Source: Chthonomonadales bacterium (lineage in GTDB: Bacteria > Armatimonadota > Chthonomonadetes > Chthonomonadales > CAJBBX01). Taken from it: a DNA stretch of 64,000 bases. Position 1 is the stretch's first letter, and the number at the start of each line of letters is the position of its first letter. Under the pieces are notes generated by a model. It was not told the origin of the DNA. It saw only the letters and a list, made by a program, of their open reading frames with translations, and made no database searches. The stretch is from assembly GCA_037443035.1 (NCBI GenBank), contig JBBIPC010000008.1, positions 64,001 through 128,000 of the forward strand, in the 5' to 3' direction. The position numbers and the translations under genes were made by a program. Positions 30,061 to 41,539 of this stretch are shown here, in pieces.

Positions 30061-30834
30061 ATGGGCATGAGCGAAGAACGACCGGCAATCGAGTGCATTG
30101 GGCTGACGAAGCGCTATGGAGCGCTGACGGCGCTCGATGGGCTGGACCTTGCAGTGTACGAGGGAGAGCTTTTCGGCTTCCTTGGACCGAATGGTGCCGG
30201 CAAGACGACAACAATCAAACTCCTGACGGGTCTGCTCCGTCCGACGGCCGGGTCTGCGAGAGTGCACGGCATTTCGGTTCAGGAACGACCTTTGGATGTC
30301 AAGCGAATCATCGGATACGTGCCCGACAATCCGTTTCTGTATGAGAAGTTGACAGGGTGGGAATTCCTCAGCTTCATGGCAGACCTCTATTCCATGCCGC
30401 TCGCGGGGCGTGCCGAGCGGATGGAGGAACTTCTCAGCACGTTCGACCTTGCCGACAAGCGGGATCAGCTCATCCAGGGATACTCGCGCGGTATGCGGCA
30501 GAAGATCGCCTTGGCAGGAGCGCTCATTCACGACCCCAAAGTGGTGTTCCTTGATGAGCCGACGGTTGGGCTGGATCCTAAGTCAGCTCGCCTCATGAAG
30601 GACGTCTTGCGAAGCCTTTGTCAGGCAGGTGGTACCGTATTCGTCTCCACGCACATCCTCGATGTGGCGGAGAGGATGTGCGACCGCTTTGGCATCATCA
30701 ACCGCGGGAAGCTCATCGCCACAGGCACCATGGAAGACCTCCGGTCCCAAGCTGCTGGAGGAGGTTCGAGCCTCGAGGACATCTTCCTGGAGCTGACGGC
30801 TACGGACGATGATATGCCTGGAGCGCTGGTGTAA
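30061..30834 (+). CDS. ABC transporter ATP-binding protein (ABC-2/multidrug type)
   Basis: GPNGAGKTT, YSRGMRQK and LDEPTVGLDP; start could be 30016, 30061 or 30067. Confidence 0.93.
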   Translation: MGMSEERPAIECIGLTKRYGALTALDGLDLAVYEGELFGFLGPNGAGKTTTIKLLTGLLRPTAGSARVHGISVQERPLDVKRIIGYVPDNPFLYEKLTGWEFLSFMADLYSMPLAGRAERMEELLSTFDLADKRDQLIQGYSRGMRQKIALAGALIHDPKVVFLDEPTVGLDPKSARLMKDVLRSLCQAGGTVFVSTHILDVAERMCDRFGIINRGKLIATGTMEDLRSQAAGGGSSLEDIFLELTATDDDMPGALV

Positions 30835-31730
30835 TGGAGAAACTGGGCGAGAAGGATCAACTAGTGCTCGCCATGATCCTGGTCGTGACGATGGCTGCAG
30901 TCCTGGTCATTGACGCTCTCCTCCTCGTAGTGTGGCTATGGGTAAGGGATGATGTGGTTGCGGGCAGGCGCAAGTCTCCGTTTGCCCCATCATGGAGCCT
31001 CGTGGATCCTTGGATCGGCGGTCAGATCGCGTTCGGTACGCTCACCGGCGTTGCTGCCTTCGTTGGTATGATCGCCACAGCCACCTCACGCGGTGCTGGA
31101 CACATCATGGACGCGGGATTCCTCGTAACTACGTTGATTGTCCAGAATGCACTGTTGGCGGCGGTGCCGCTCCATTACCTGACCTTTCGCTACCGCCTTC
31201 CGGTGAGTGCGATCGGTCTAGCATGGCCGCCTCGGCGGCGTCATCTCGCCATCGGCGTCGTATGGGGGCTCCTCATGCTCCTCGCTGGTGCCGCATTGGA
31301 GGCAGCAACCAGGTCTCTGGCAAGGTTCGTGGTGCCCACCCATGTGCTTCGCGTTCTGGAATCGCTGTCCGGGCTTACCGACGCATCGGCCATCATCGCA
31401 ACGCTGCACGGGTCCTGGATCATGCTGGGATTGGTATGCGTAGGAGTTGCAGTGGCCGTACCCCTGGGAGAGGAGCTGTTCTTCCGGGGGTTCGTGCACA
31501 ACTGCGCTCGAAGGCGACTAGGACCTCTATTCGGGAGTCTGGTCAGTGCAGGGGCATTCGCCCTGGTGCATGCAAACCCGATGACATTGCCAGCCGTGTT
31601 CGCCATGGGCATCATGATGGCAGTAGCCTACGACCGCAGCGGATCGCTCTGGGTACCCATCGTCATGCACGGTGTGAACAACGGGATGTTGACGCTCGTT
31701 CTTCTCGCGGGTTGGGGGAAGGCATCATGA
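30834..31730 (+). CDS. CPBP (CAAX/Abi) intramembrane metalloprotease
   Basis: EELFFRG, FALVH and HGVNN motifs; multiple TM segments. Confidence 0.9.
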   Translation: MEKLGEKDQLVLAMILVVTMAAVLVIDALLLVVWLWVRDDVVAGRRKSPFAPSWSLVDPWIGGQIAFGTLTGVAAFVGMIATATSRGAGHIMDAGFLVTTLIVQNALLAAVPLHYLTFRYRLPVSAIGLAWPPRRRHLAIGVVWGLLMLLAGAALEAATRSLARFVVPTHVLRVLESLSGLTDASAIIATLHGSWIMLGLVCVGVAVAVPLGEELFFRGFVHNCARRRLGPLFGSLVSAGAFALVHANPMTLPAVFAMGIMMAVAYDRSGSLWVPIVMHGVNNGMLTLVLLAGWGKAS

Positions 31731-32548
31731 CATGGTTGCGGCTCCACAGAGCCGCCACGATCGTCTGCATCTTGCTCTCGCTGGTCGGTTGTGGTCGCGT
31801 GGAGGAGATGATGCGCGGACGTCCGGATGAGTTCGTTGCCGCGCAGGAGCAGATGCGGCGTGGCGATGTACAAGCAGCGTCGAAGTCTCTCGAGGCAGGT
31901 ATCGCAATAAGACCAAAGGACCATGCGGTCTATGCCGCTGCGGCGCAACTGTGTTTGGCTGAAGGTAGACCCGAGATTGCCATCAAGTATGCGGAGCGCG
32001 GCCTCGGTCTATCGGGGAAGCCGTCTGCAGACATCCAAGCGCGCCTGCACAGCCTCAAGGGAATGGCGCTCCTGGAATTGGGTGATGCGAAAGGCTCGAT
32101 AGCATCCCATCGAGCGGCCCTCGAGTTGATGCCGGACGAGCCGCATTATATGAACAACCTCGCTTACGCGCTGGCCGAGGCGGCCGAGAGCGATGCCGCA
32201 TTGGCGGAGTCCGAGAGGCTGGTCAACGAAGCCATTGAACGTGCGGTGGTGGCGCAGGCAGGTGCTGAAACCCTCGGCGTCTTCCTGGACACACTCGGAT
32301 GGGCCCAGTTTCGGAGCGGCGACCTTCGGCGCGCCAGTGTGAACCTGACCCAAGCAGCGGACCTCGTTCCAGACGAACCGGAAGTTCTGTTTCACTTGGC
32401 GAGCGTCCGGCTGGCTGAAGGCCGGCGTGATGACGCCGTGATCTGGCTGAAGCGCGCTCTGAAGCTGCGGCCCGCCATGGCCAAGGCGCGACGCCTGCTC
32501 GAAGAGATCAGTCCTCGGCCAGTACCGCGGCTCCAGTCCCCTCGCTAG
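31727..32548 (+). CDS. TPR-repeat lipoprotein
   Basis: ATG 31727 overlaps the upstream stop; lipobox LVGC; TPR-like segments (NNLAY.LA, LDTLGW). Confidence 0.8.
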   Translation: MTWLRLHRAATIVCILLSLVGCGRVEEMMRGRPDEFVAAQEQMRRGDVQAASKSLEAGIAIRPKDHAVYAAAAQLCLAEGRPEIAIKYAERGLGLSGKPSADIQARLHSLKGMALLELGDAKGSIASHRAALELMPDEPHYMNNLAYALAEAAESDAALAESERLVNEAIERAVVAQAGAETLGVFLDTLGWAQFRSGDLRRASVNLTQAADLVPDEPEVLFHLASVRLAEGRRDDAVIWLKRALKLRPAMAKARRLLEEISPRPVPRLQSPR

Positions 32549-32647
32549 GTAGGCGATCCTGGCGGGTGTGGTGCGCTGTTCCTGCAACGGCTGTCGCCTG
32601 CGGGCTCATTCTCGGGACACCAGTACCCTTGCGTGATCGTCTCGGTG

Positions 32648-35098
32648 TCAGGACTCTGCGTGTACCTGCTCGGGATGTGTGACTGGTAGCATGATAGTGA
32701 AGGTAGCGCCCTCGCCCGGCTTGCCCTCGGCAGTGACAGTGCCGCCGTGACGTGTTGCGATCTTGCGGACAATGGCGAGGCCCATGCCCGTTCCCTCGAA
32801 CCGTTCGCGGCCGTGCAGCCTCTCGAACACTCCGAAGATCCGTTCCGCGTATTGGTTGTCGAAGCCGATGCCATTGTCGGCCACGACCAGCTTGCACCAC
32901 TTGCGGCCGTCTAGCTCCAACTCTTCCGCCGTGATTCGTACGACGGGTGGGACGCCCTCGCGACGAAACTTCAGGGCGTTGCCGATGAGGTTCTGGAAAA
33001 GCTGACGCATCTGCATGGGGTCTACTTCGATGGTCGGCAGACCGTCTGTCTCGACGCGGCCACCGGACACGGTCAGGCGGTTTTCGAGATCGCTGAGAAC
33101 CCCGTGGAGAACCTCATTGAGGTCCGTTGGCTCGAAAGGCCGCGCCCGCGTCGTAACCCGTGAGTAGGTCAGCAGGTCCTCTATGAGCGTCTGCATCCTG
33201 CCGACAGCACCCATGACCCGGTCGAGATAGTCTTTCCCCTCTGGCGGCAGTGCATCCGCGTACTTGCGCACGAGCCTGTCTGCGAAGGCGCTGATCTTAC
33301 GGAGGGGCTCCTGGAGGTCATGGGACGCAACGGACGCGAAGTCCTGGAGCTCTCGATTGCTGCGTTCCAGTTCTTGCCTGAATGCCTCGGCCTTTGCCTC
33401 GGCTGCCACGCGCTCCGTCACGTCATAGGCCACGACGAGGCGGCACCGTCGGCCCTCTACCACGACGGGGATGGAAGTGGTATCCACCGCCAGGTCACGG
33501 CCGGACTTGGTCCTGTAGTGCACGGCCTGCCGGTGGCGTACCCCCGTTTCGCGGGAGATGCTAGCCCGCAAGGTCTCCGCATCCTCTCCTGGACGGATGT
33601 CCGGAACCGTGAGGTTCAGAAACTCGCTGCGACTGAAGCCGTAGTGCTTCAATGCAGCTTCGTTCACATCCACGAAGCGCAGTGTCTCGACATCGTAGAC
33701 CCAGCACGGCACAGGGTTGAGCGAGAAGAACTCGTAGTACCGCTGTCGGCTTTCAGCTAGCTCCTCCTGAACCCGTTTCAGAGTTGTGATGTCCGTCACG
33801 CTCTCGATGAGGTAGGTACGGCCTCCGACTTGGAACGGCTTCACGCTCTTCAGAACTGGTACTTCCGTACCGTCGGGCCGCCGCACCGTACGTTCCGCGT
33901 TGTCCACGACGTTGCCCAGGTCGGTCACCGGGCAGCGGCCCCGTTCGGCTGGGCATACGCAGTCATGGCAGGGATGTCCGACGATCTGGTCTCGCTCGAC
34001 CCCTGCGATGGCGAGCATGGCGGGATTCGCATCTACAACCAGGTGTGTTTCGCCGTCGACAAGGAAGATACCGGACTGCACCGTGTTGAGGATGCCCTGC
34101 AAGCGCTGTTCGCTGGCTTCCAACGCCTCGCGCTGCTCCATTGCTGTCCTGAGGACTCCAGCGATCGGGCCGAACTCCCCTTTGTCGTGGAGCAACGTCC
34201 GTACCGGCTCGATGCTCTGCTCTCGCAACGCCTGAGTGATGCTGTGCAGCGGACGCGTGATCCATGCGTTGAGAGCAAGGAGCACGATGCCGTAGAGTGC
34301 CGCGGCGAAGATGCCAAGGGTCCAGCGAAGCCGCGTGTCGGCAGCCGCAATGGCCGCCGCCTCCCGAACGGTTCCGGTTAGCTCGAGATACGCGATGGTC
34401 TTACCTTCGTAATCCGTCAGAGGAAGAAACGTACGGAATGATGCTGGGGATAGTCGGTCGTTCTGGCTACCAGTGCCTGCCCGGGAGGCAACGAGGCGGA
34501 TTCTGCAGTCAGCTGTCTTACCCAGCTGCGCAGCGTCCTTTTCCGTCCAAAGGTGTACGGATACGAGGTAGCCGGTGTAGGGGCCGGTCCGATGCGGGTC
34601 ATTGGAGTAGTGGATGCGGCCACCGCGTATCTCCGCCAGCCCAAGTGGTGTCTGTAACCAGAAACTCGTGAATGGCTGCGTCGAGAGCCTCTCCTGCACG
34701 ACTGCTGAACTCACCGGAAGCGAGCCAGGCAAACGAGAGCCGGGCCGCACCCTAGCATACACGGTGCGCAGTTTCCGATTCAGTACCCAGATGGCTTCGC
34801 ACGGCACCGCATCGAAGGTGCTGTCCAAGTTGTCCACCGCCCATTGCTTGTCCGGCTTGATGACGTAGTTGGCCAGTTCATCCCACCACGTATAGTCAGC
34901 GATGAAGTTGGCGAACTTCGCGCGGTCGAGACCCGTCAGGCGGTCTATGTCGGCAGCAGCCAGGCTCCTGTTCGCGGCCCTCGACACAAGATCCTGAACG
35001 CGCCGACCCTGCAGACCTCCCACCACCGATAGCGTCACCACGAAGACGATGGCTAGCCCCACGAAGAGATACGCCAGACGAATCCGAACGGATACCAT
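32648..35098 (-). CDS. Sensor histidine kinase (CHASE4, two PAS, HisKA, HATPase)
   Basis: DYTWWDE (CHASE4), two PAS domains, SHDLQEPLRKI, NLIGNALKF, DNGIG and GTGMGL. Confidence 0.92.
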   Translation of the reverse strand: MVSVRIRLAYLFVGLAIVFVVTLSVVGGLQGRRVQDLVSRAANRSLAAADIDRLTGLDRAKFANFIADYTWWDELANYVIKPDKQWAVDNLDSTFDAVPCEAIWVLNRKLRTVYARVRPGSRLPGSLPVSSAVVQERLSTQPFTSFWLQTPLGLAEIRGGRIHYSNDPHRTGPYTGYLVSVHLWTEKDAAQLGKTADCRIRLVASRAGTGSQNDRLSPASFRTFLPLTDYEGKTIAYLELTGTVREAAAIAAADTRLRWTLGIFAAALYGIVLLALNAWITRPLHSITQALREQSIEPVRTLLHDKGEFGPIAGVLRTAMEQREALEASEQRLQGILNTVQSGIFLVDGETHLVVDANPAMLAIAGVERDQIVGHPCHDCVCPAERGRCPVTDLGNVVDNAERTVRRPDGTEVPVLKSVKPFQVGGRTYLIESVTDITTLKRVQEELAESRQRYYEFFSLNPVPCWVYDVETLRFVDVNEAALKHYGFSRSEFLNLTVPDIRPGEDAETLRASISRETGVRHRQAVHYRTKSGRDLAVDTTSIPVVVEGRRCRLVVAYDVTERVAAEAKAEAFRQELERSNRELQDFASVASHDLQEPLRKISAFADRLVRKYADALPPEGKDYLDRVMGAVGRMQTLIEDLLTYSRVTTRARPFEPTDLNEVLHGVLSDLENRLTVSGGRVETDGLPTIEVDPMQMRQLFQNLIGNALKFRREGVPPVVRITAEELELDGRKWCKLVVADNGIGFDNQYAERIFGVFERLHGRERFEGTGMGLAIVRKIATRHGGTVTAEGKPGEGATFTIMLPVTHPEQVHAES

Positions 35099-35217
35099 TC
35101 ACTTCGCCTCCCACATCGCGATGATGCGTGACCAGTAATGCCAGCAAGAATCGCCAGGACTAGCTCAGGCGCGCGAGCCTTGAGTAGTCCAAGACTTGAG
35201 ACAGGTTCTGCAATGTC

Positions 35218-36702
35218 CTAGATGGTGAGCAGTGCAAGGAAGTTGCGGTATGGCTCTTCCCATTGCTCCGTTGCCTGTGGCAGGTACTCGGTAAGCGGGA
35301 AGGACCTGCCGATCAAGGACCGCGCCTCCTGGAGGGAGCCTATGGTGCCAGTGGCGATCGCCTGAATGACTACGTTGCCCAGAGCTGTTGCTTCCACCGG
35401 ACCCGCAAGGACGCGCTTGCCTGTGGCGTCTGCGGTCGCCTGACAGAGCATGGCGTTACGGCTCCCTCCGCCGATGATATGGATTGTTCGTATGAGCGTG
35501 CCGGTGACCTCCTCGAGGCGCTCGACGACCCACCGGTACTTGAGGGCGAGGCCTTCGATGATTGTCCTCACCATCGAAGCCACACTGGCCGGCGGTTGCT
35601 GACCCGTTCTGACGCAGTAGGCTCGAATGGCTTCCGGCATGTCCGGCGGCTTGAGGAAGCTGGCATCGTCAGGATCCACCAGGGCCGCGAACGGAGGCGC
35701 TTCCGCTGCCATCTGCGCGAGTTGGCCGTATTCATAGGTCTGTCCCGAACGCGCCCAGGCCTGGCGGCTTTGCTGCAGTAACCACAAGCCCATCACATTG
35801 CGTAGAAGCCGGAACGTTTCGCGAACGCCGCCTTCGTTCGTCAGGTTGCATGCCAGCGTTCTCTCGTTGATGACCGGCTCGGGCCACTCCACACCGACAA
35901 GCGACCAGGTTCCACAGCTCACATATGCCCAGCCATTTTCTCCGGACGCTGGCACCGCTGCAACTGCAGATCCTGTGTCGTGCGTTGCAGGTGCGATCAC
36001 CCGCACGGACCCCGCTCCAGTCTGCTCGCGAACCGTGCTATGCAGCTCACCAAGCACCGTGCCAGGTGGGACGATGCTGCCAAGGAAGTGAGTGGGAATG
36101 CCCAACTGTTCGAGCATGTCGGACGCCCAGCTCCGTTTGCAGGGATCGTAGAACTGCGTCGTGGTAGCGTTGGTGAACTCGTTGACCTTCACTCCCGTGA
36201 GCCAGAAGTTGATCAGATCCGGGGTCATGAGGAAGCTTCTCGCAACATCCAAGAGGGGGGAGCCCGCGAGGCGCATTGCCATGAGTTGGTAGAGCGAGTT
36301 CAGCTGCATGAACTGAATACCGGTGCGCCTGTAGACCTCCTCGCGTGGAACGATAGCGAACACCTGCTCCATGACACCGTCTGTTCGGGCATCACGGTAG
36401 TGGTAGGGCAGGCCCAACACATCGTCGTTCCTGTCCAGCAACGCGAAGTCCACGCCCCAGGTGTCCACGCCGATCCCGTGCAGCTCTCCAGCGTGCTCTC
36501 GCAGGCACCGGGCTAGACCAGCCTGAATCTCTGCGAAGAGACGGACGGTATCCCAGTGGAAACGGTTCAGAATGCGCTGCGGCTCGTTGGGAAATCGGTG
36601 CACCTCCTCGAGTTGGATAGAGCCATCTCCCACCGTTCCGAGCAGGGCGCGCCCGCTCTCGGCACCCAGGTCGAAAGTAAGGTATCTCGCTCCGTTGGCC
36701 AT
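35218..36702 (-). CDS. rhaB: Rhamnulokinase / FGGY family sugar kinase
   Basis: DLGAESGR, DTWGVD, HDTGSAV, TNEGG, NVMGLWLLQ and GPVEATALGN. Confidence 0.85.
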   Translation of the reverse strand: MANGARYLTFDLGAESGRALLGTVGDGSIQLEEVHRFPNEPQRILNRFHWDTVRLFAEIQAGLARCLREHAGELHGIGVDTWGVDFALLDRNDDVLGLPYHYRDARTDGVMEQVFAIVPREEVYRRTGIQFMQLNSLYQLMAMRLAGSPLLDVARSFLMTPDLINFWLTGVKVNEFTNATTTQFYDPCKRSWASDMLEQLGIPTHFLGSIVPPGTVLGELHSTVREQTGAGSVRVIAPATHDTGSAVAAVPASGENGWAYVSCGTWSLVGVEWPEPVINERTLACNLTNEGGVRETFRLLRNVMGLWLLQQSRQAWARSGQTYEYGQLAQMAAEAPPFAALVDPDDASFLKPPDMPEAIRAYCVRTGQQPPASVASMVRTIIEGLALKYRWVVERLEEVTGTLIRTIHIIGGGSRNAMLCQATADATGKRVLAGPVEATALGNVVIQAIATGTIGSLQEARSLIGRSFPLTEYLPQATEQWEEPYRNFLALLTI

Positions 36703-36802
36703 GCGTATTACCTCCGCGCGTGCCGGCTACGCTCCGGCTGCCAACAGTATTCCGCGTGCACCTGCGGAAGTCCTGCACCACCGGGCTGTACACAGAACCG
36801 GA

Positions 36803-36838
36803 GAAGAAAGAAGCCGCCAGTCCTTGCGAACCGGCGGC
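36803..36838 (-). terminator. Intrinsic terminator
   Basis: Minus strand reads GCCGCCGGTTC-GCAA-GGACTGGCGGC followed by TTCTTTCTTC, about 30 nt after the stop at 36865. Confidence 0.75.
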
Positions 36839-36864
36839 ACTGCGAGCCGAAGATCACACTCGGG

Positions 36865-37755
36865 TCATGGCCGGCCTGGTGGAGTGCCCCCGGGGCCGCC
36901 GAACTGCTGTCCAAGCTGCTGACCCATCTGCATCATCTCCTGCATAAAGCGCTGACGCTGGTCTTGAGGCATATTCGCCCACATTTCCATGCTACTGCGA
37001 ACCAGTCCGCCCACCATTTCCATCCGCACGCCTGGGTCCATCTGCATGAACATCTGCATGCCGGCCTGCATCATATTCCCTATCAGCCGCGAGCGCGTCT
37101 GCGGATCCAACCCCATGAGCATCTGCATGCCCTGTGCCATGGCCGACGCCAGGGTGTCTGGGTCCATCTGCATCATGAGCTCCATCTGCTGGCGCTGCAG
37201 ATCCAGGAACTTGTCCTGGATGTTCGACCCAGAGCCGCCTCCCACGGTGTTATAGATCACGTAGACGGGCGTCGGCTCGAAGTTGAGCGATCGAAGCTCT
37301 TCGGCGAAGCCTGGCAGGACGGGCAGATTCTTCTGGAGTGACGTCGCGCGACGTGTACCGGGGTTCTCCAGGACGAGGCCGCCCGTCTCCAGAATATCCA
37401 CAGCACGCACCATGGCGGCCAGACGCGCGGCAGGTATGCCCGAGCCAGCCTCCGACTTCGTGAGGTAGACCTTGCGCCACGCGACGCCCTTCACGCCTTC
37501 CGTGAGTCGCACGATAGCTTCGTCCACCGCCCTGACCTGACCGATCTCGGCCGGTGGAGCGGGCAGGAAGATGGCCGGATCCACGACGATGCGGACCTGG
37601 TAGTCCTTGGCCAGCTTCTCCACTACTGCGGTGAGTTCGGGTGTGTAGCTGCGAGGCGGCTGCGGCCGTCCCTGCCGCTGCTGAGCGAACGATGCAGTGG
37701 CAGCGAACAGGCAGCAGAGCAAGGCCGCGGCAAGGAATGGAATGCGTTTGGTCAC
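36865..37755 (-). CDS. Exported hypothetical protein with C-terminal Met/Gln-rich repeats
   Basis: GTG 37755 follows a GGGGAG SD; Sec signal peptide (TKRIPFLAAALL...ASFA); C-terminal MQMxMxMDP repeats. Confidence 0.75.
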   Translation of the reverse strand: MTKRIPFLAAALLCCLFAATASFAQQRQGRPQPPRSYTPELTAVVEKLAKDYQVRIVVDPAIFLPAPPAEIGQVRAVDEAIVRLTEGVKGVAWRKVYLTKSEAGSGIPAARLAAMVRAVDILETGGLVLENPGTRRATSLQKNLPVLPGFAEELRSLNFEPTPVYVIYNTVGGGSGSNIQDKFLDLQRQQMELMMQMDPDTLASAMAQGMQMLMGLDPQTRSRLIGNMMQAGMQMFMQMDPGVRMEMVGGLVRSSMEMWANMPQDQRQRFMQEMMQMGQQLGQQFGGPGGTPPGRP

Positions 37756-38084
37756 AATATGCTCCCCTTCGCGAGGTTGTGTGGTCATCAGTATGACGCA
37801 AGAAGGTGTTCGAACGTTTCGGGGGATCCGGGGGAAGATCCGCGAGCGCCGAAGATAGGAACACCGGGAGAGCAAACTCTCGCTAAGCGCATTCTCTGCG
37901 CCTTGAGTACCGTCGGAGCCGTCATCGCTCCAGCGGAGCGCGCGGACTCGGCGACCATCTCAGAGAGTACCGCTCTCCCGGCTCGTGTCCGCCAGAGTGT
38001 CGGGCGGCGTCATGCCGTCGGCCCTCCTTTGCGGGTGACTCCTCCCGCGCGACCCCTTGTCCGCAGCGAGGATGTCACAACACT

Positions 38085-38113
38085 ATTTTCCTATACGAAT
38101 GGCGGATTGTCAA
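38085..38113 (-). promoter_or_regulatory. Putative sigma70 promoter upstream of a long structured leader
   Basis: Minus strand TTGACA-N17-GAAAAT. Confidence 0.4.
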
Positions 38114-38240
38114 GGTCTCATCGGCAGAGTCCACTTGCTCGTGGCAGTCAAGTCCAGCGAAACCGCGGGACCACAGCAGACGTAGTCGTTTCGATAGACA
38201 TGACGTCGTTCACGCATAGGCCCTACATAGGAGCGCTTCC

Positions 38241-38414
38241 ATGGGCAACGCAACACTAGGTCGGATCTTCCTCTTGGCAGTCGCCATTGTGATCGCATTC
38301 GCCGTCCTGCAATGGATCATCAAGAACCTGCTTGGGATGATCATTGCCGTGGCGATCGTCGCCGGCATTCTCTACCTGATCCTCAATGCAGCGGGAAGGC
38401 GGCGCAGCCTCTAG
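38241..38414 (+). CDS. Small two-TM membrane protein (57 aa)
   Basis: Below the ORF-track length cutoff. AGGAG SD; translates to MGNATLGRIFLLAVAIVIAFAVLQWIIKNLLGMIIAVAIVAGILYLILNAAGRRRSL. Confidence 0.7.
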   Translation: MGNATLGRIFLLAVAIVIAFAVLQWIIKNLLGMIIAVAIVAGILYLILNAAGRRRSL

Positions 38415-38448
38415 CGACCGGAACCGGCACAGCGATTGCCGGAGACGA

Positions 38449-39363
38449 TCAACTGCCGAGAAGGTCAGTCAGAGCGGATTCGACGCGCGGATAGCTCCAG
38501 GAGAACCCAGCGCGAGATGCAACGTCGGGAACGACGCGCTGGCTTGACAGCACGACGTCGGCCATTTCGCCGAGCAGCAGACGCAAAGCCAAGGCCGGTA
38601 CACGCAGTATGGCGGGCCGACGCAGTATCCGTCCCAGGGTCTGGACGAACTCGCGCATCCGCACTGGATGAGGAGCACAGAGGTTCACGGGGCCCGAGAT
38701 CTCTTGGTTTTCCATAGCCCACAGGATCATCCGGACTTCATCCGTCAAGTGAATCCACGGCATCCACTGCATTCCACTACCGAGCGAACCCCCGGCATAG
38801 TATCGGAACGGCGTAGCCATACGCTGAAGCACACCGCCGTGGCGGGCAAGGACGATCCCAGTTCGCAGCAGGACAACCCTGGCTCCCAGCTCAGCAGCTC
38901 TGGTGGCTTCAGCTTCCCAATCCGCACATAGCTCCGGCAGGAATCCATCACCGCGCCGACAGGTCTCGGTGACGGCCGCTTCGCCGCAGTCGCCATAATA
39001 ACCCACGGCCGACGCGTTCAACAGAACGCCACCCTGCCGCTGCGTGTCACGCCAGGCACGGACGAGCGCGTGCGTTGTCTCCAGCCTGCTGCTTCGAATG
39101 CGCTGCTTCGCGGCAGCATTCCATCGCTGAGCATCGAGGGGTTCGCCAGCCAGATTGACGACTGCATCTGCATCGGCAACGGCTTCCTCCCAATCGCCTG
39201 CTGCCGCGATGTCCCAGTGGAGGAAACGAATGGAGGAAGGCAAGACGCTCCGCGCTGCTCCGACAGACCGCACAAGCGCGGTGACCTCCTGGCCAGTCTC
39301 TACCAACGTGCGGCATAGCTCGCTGCCGATGAGGCCTGTAGCCCCTGCTACTACAACGCGCAT
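38449..39363 (-). CDS. TIGR01777 (YfcH-like) NAD-dependent epimerase family protein
   Basis: GATGLIG, VVNLAGE, SAVGYYG, LRTGIVL, GSG.QWMPWIH and SGPVN. Confidence 0.92.
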   Translation of the reverse strand: MRVVVAGATGLIGSELCRTLVETGQEVTALVRSVGAARSVLPSSIRFLHWDIAAAGDWEEAVADADAVVNLAGEPLDAQRWNAAAKQRIRSSRLETTHALVRAWRDTQRQGGVLLNASAVGYYGDCGEAAVTETCRRGDGFLPELCADWEAEATRAAELGARVVLLRTGIVLARHGGVLQRMATPFRYYAGGSLGSGMQWMPWIHLTDEVRMILWAMENQEISGPVNLCAPHPVRMREFVQTLGRILRRPAILRVPALALRLLLGEMADVVLSSQRVVPDVASRAGFSWSYPRVESALTDLLGS

Positions 39364-39437
39364 AGGACTCTCCCCTGGAACCGGTGGCGCTACGTCTCCC
39401 TCGGCAAGCTCGCCTTCAGACCGGGTGCCACGTTCCT

Positions 39438-41535
<2,098 letters not shown>

Positions 41536-41539
<4 letters not shown>

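Noticed and set aside
30992..31726. 518-aa ORF suggesting a long overlap or a CPBP-TPR fusion
   Set aside because: The first part is an off-frame reading of the CPBP gene; a lipoprotein signal starts cleanly at 31727.
37756..38013. TGA read-through or selenocysteine joining the mini-ORF to the downstream Met-rich protein (same frame)
   Set aside because: The frame match has a one-in-three chance. The extension would bury a good signal peptide that has its own SD, and I can support no SECIS element.
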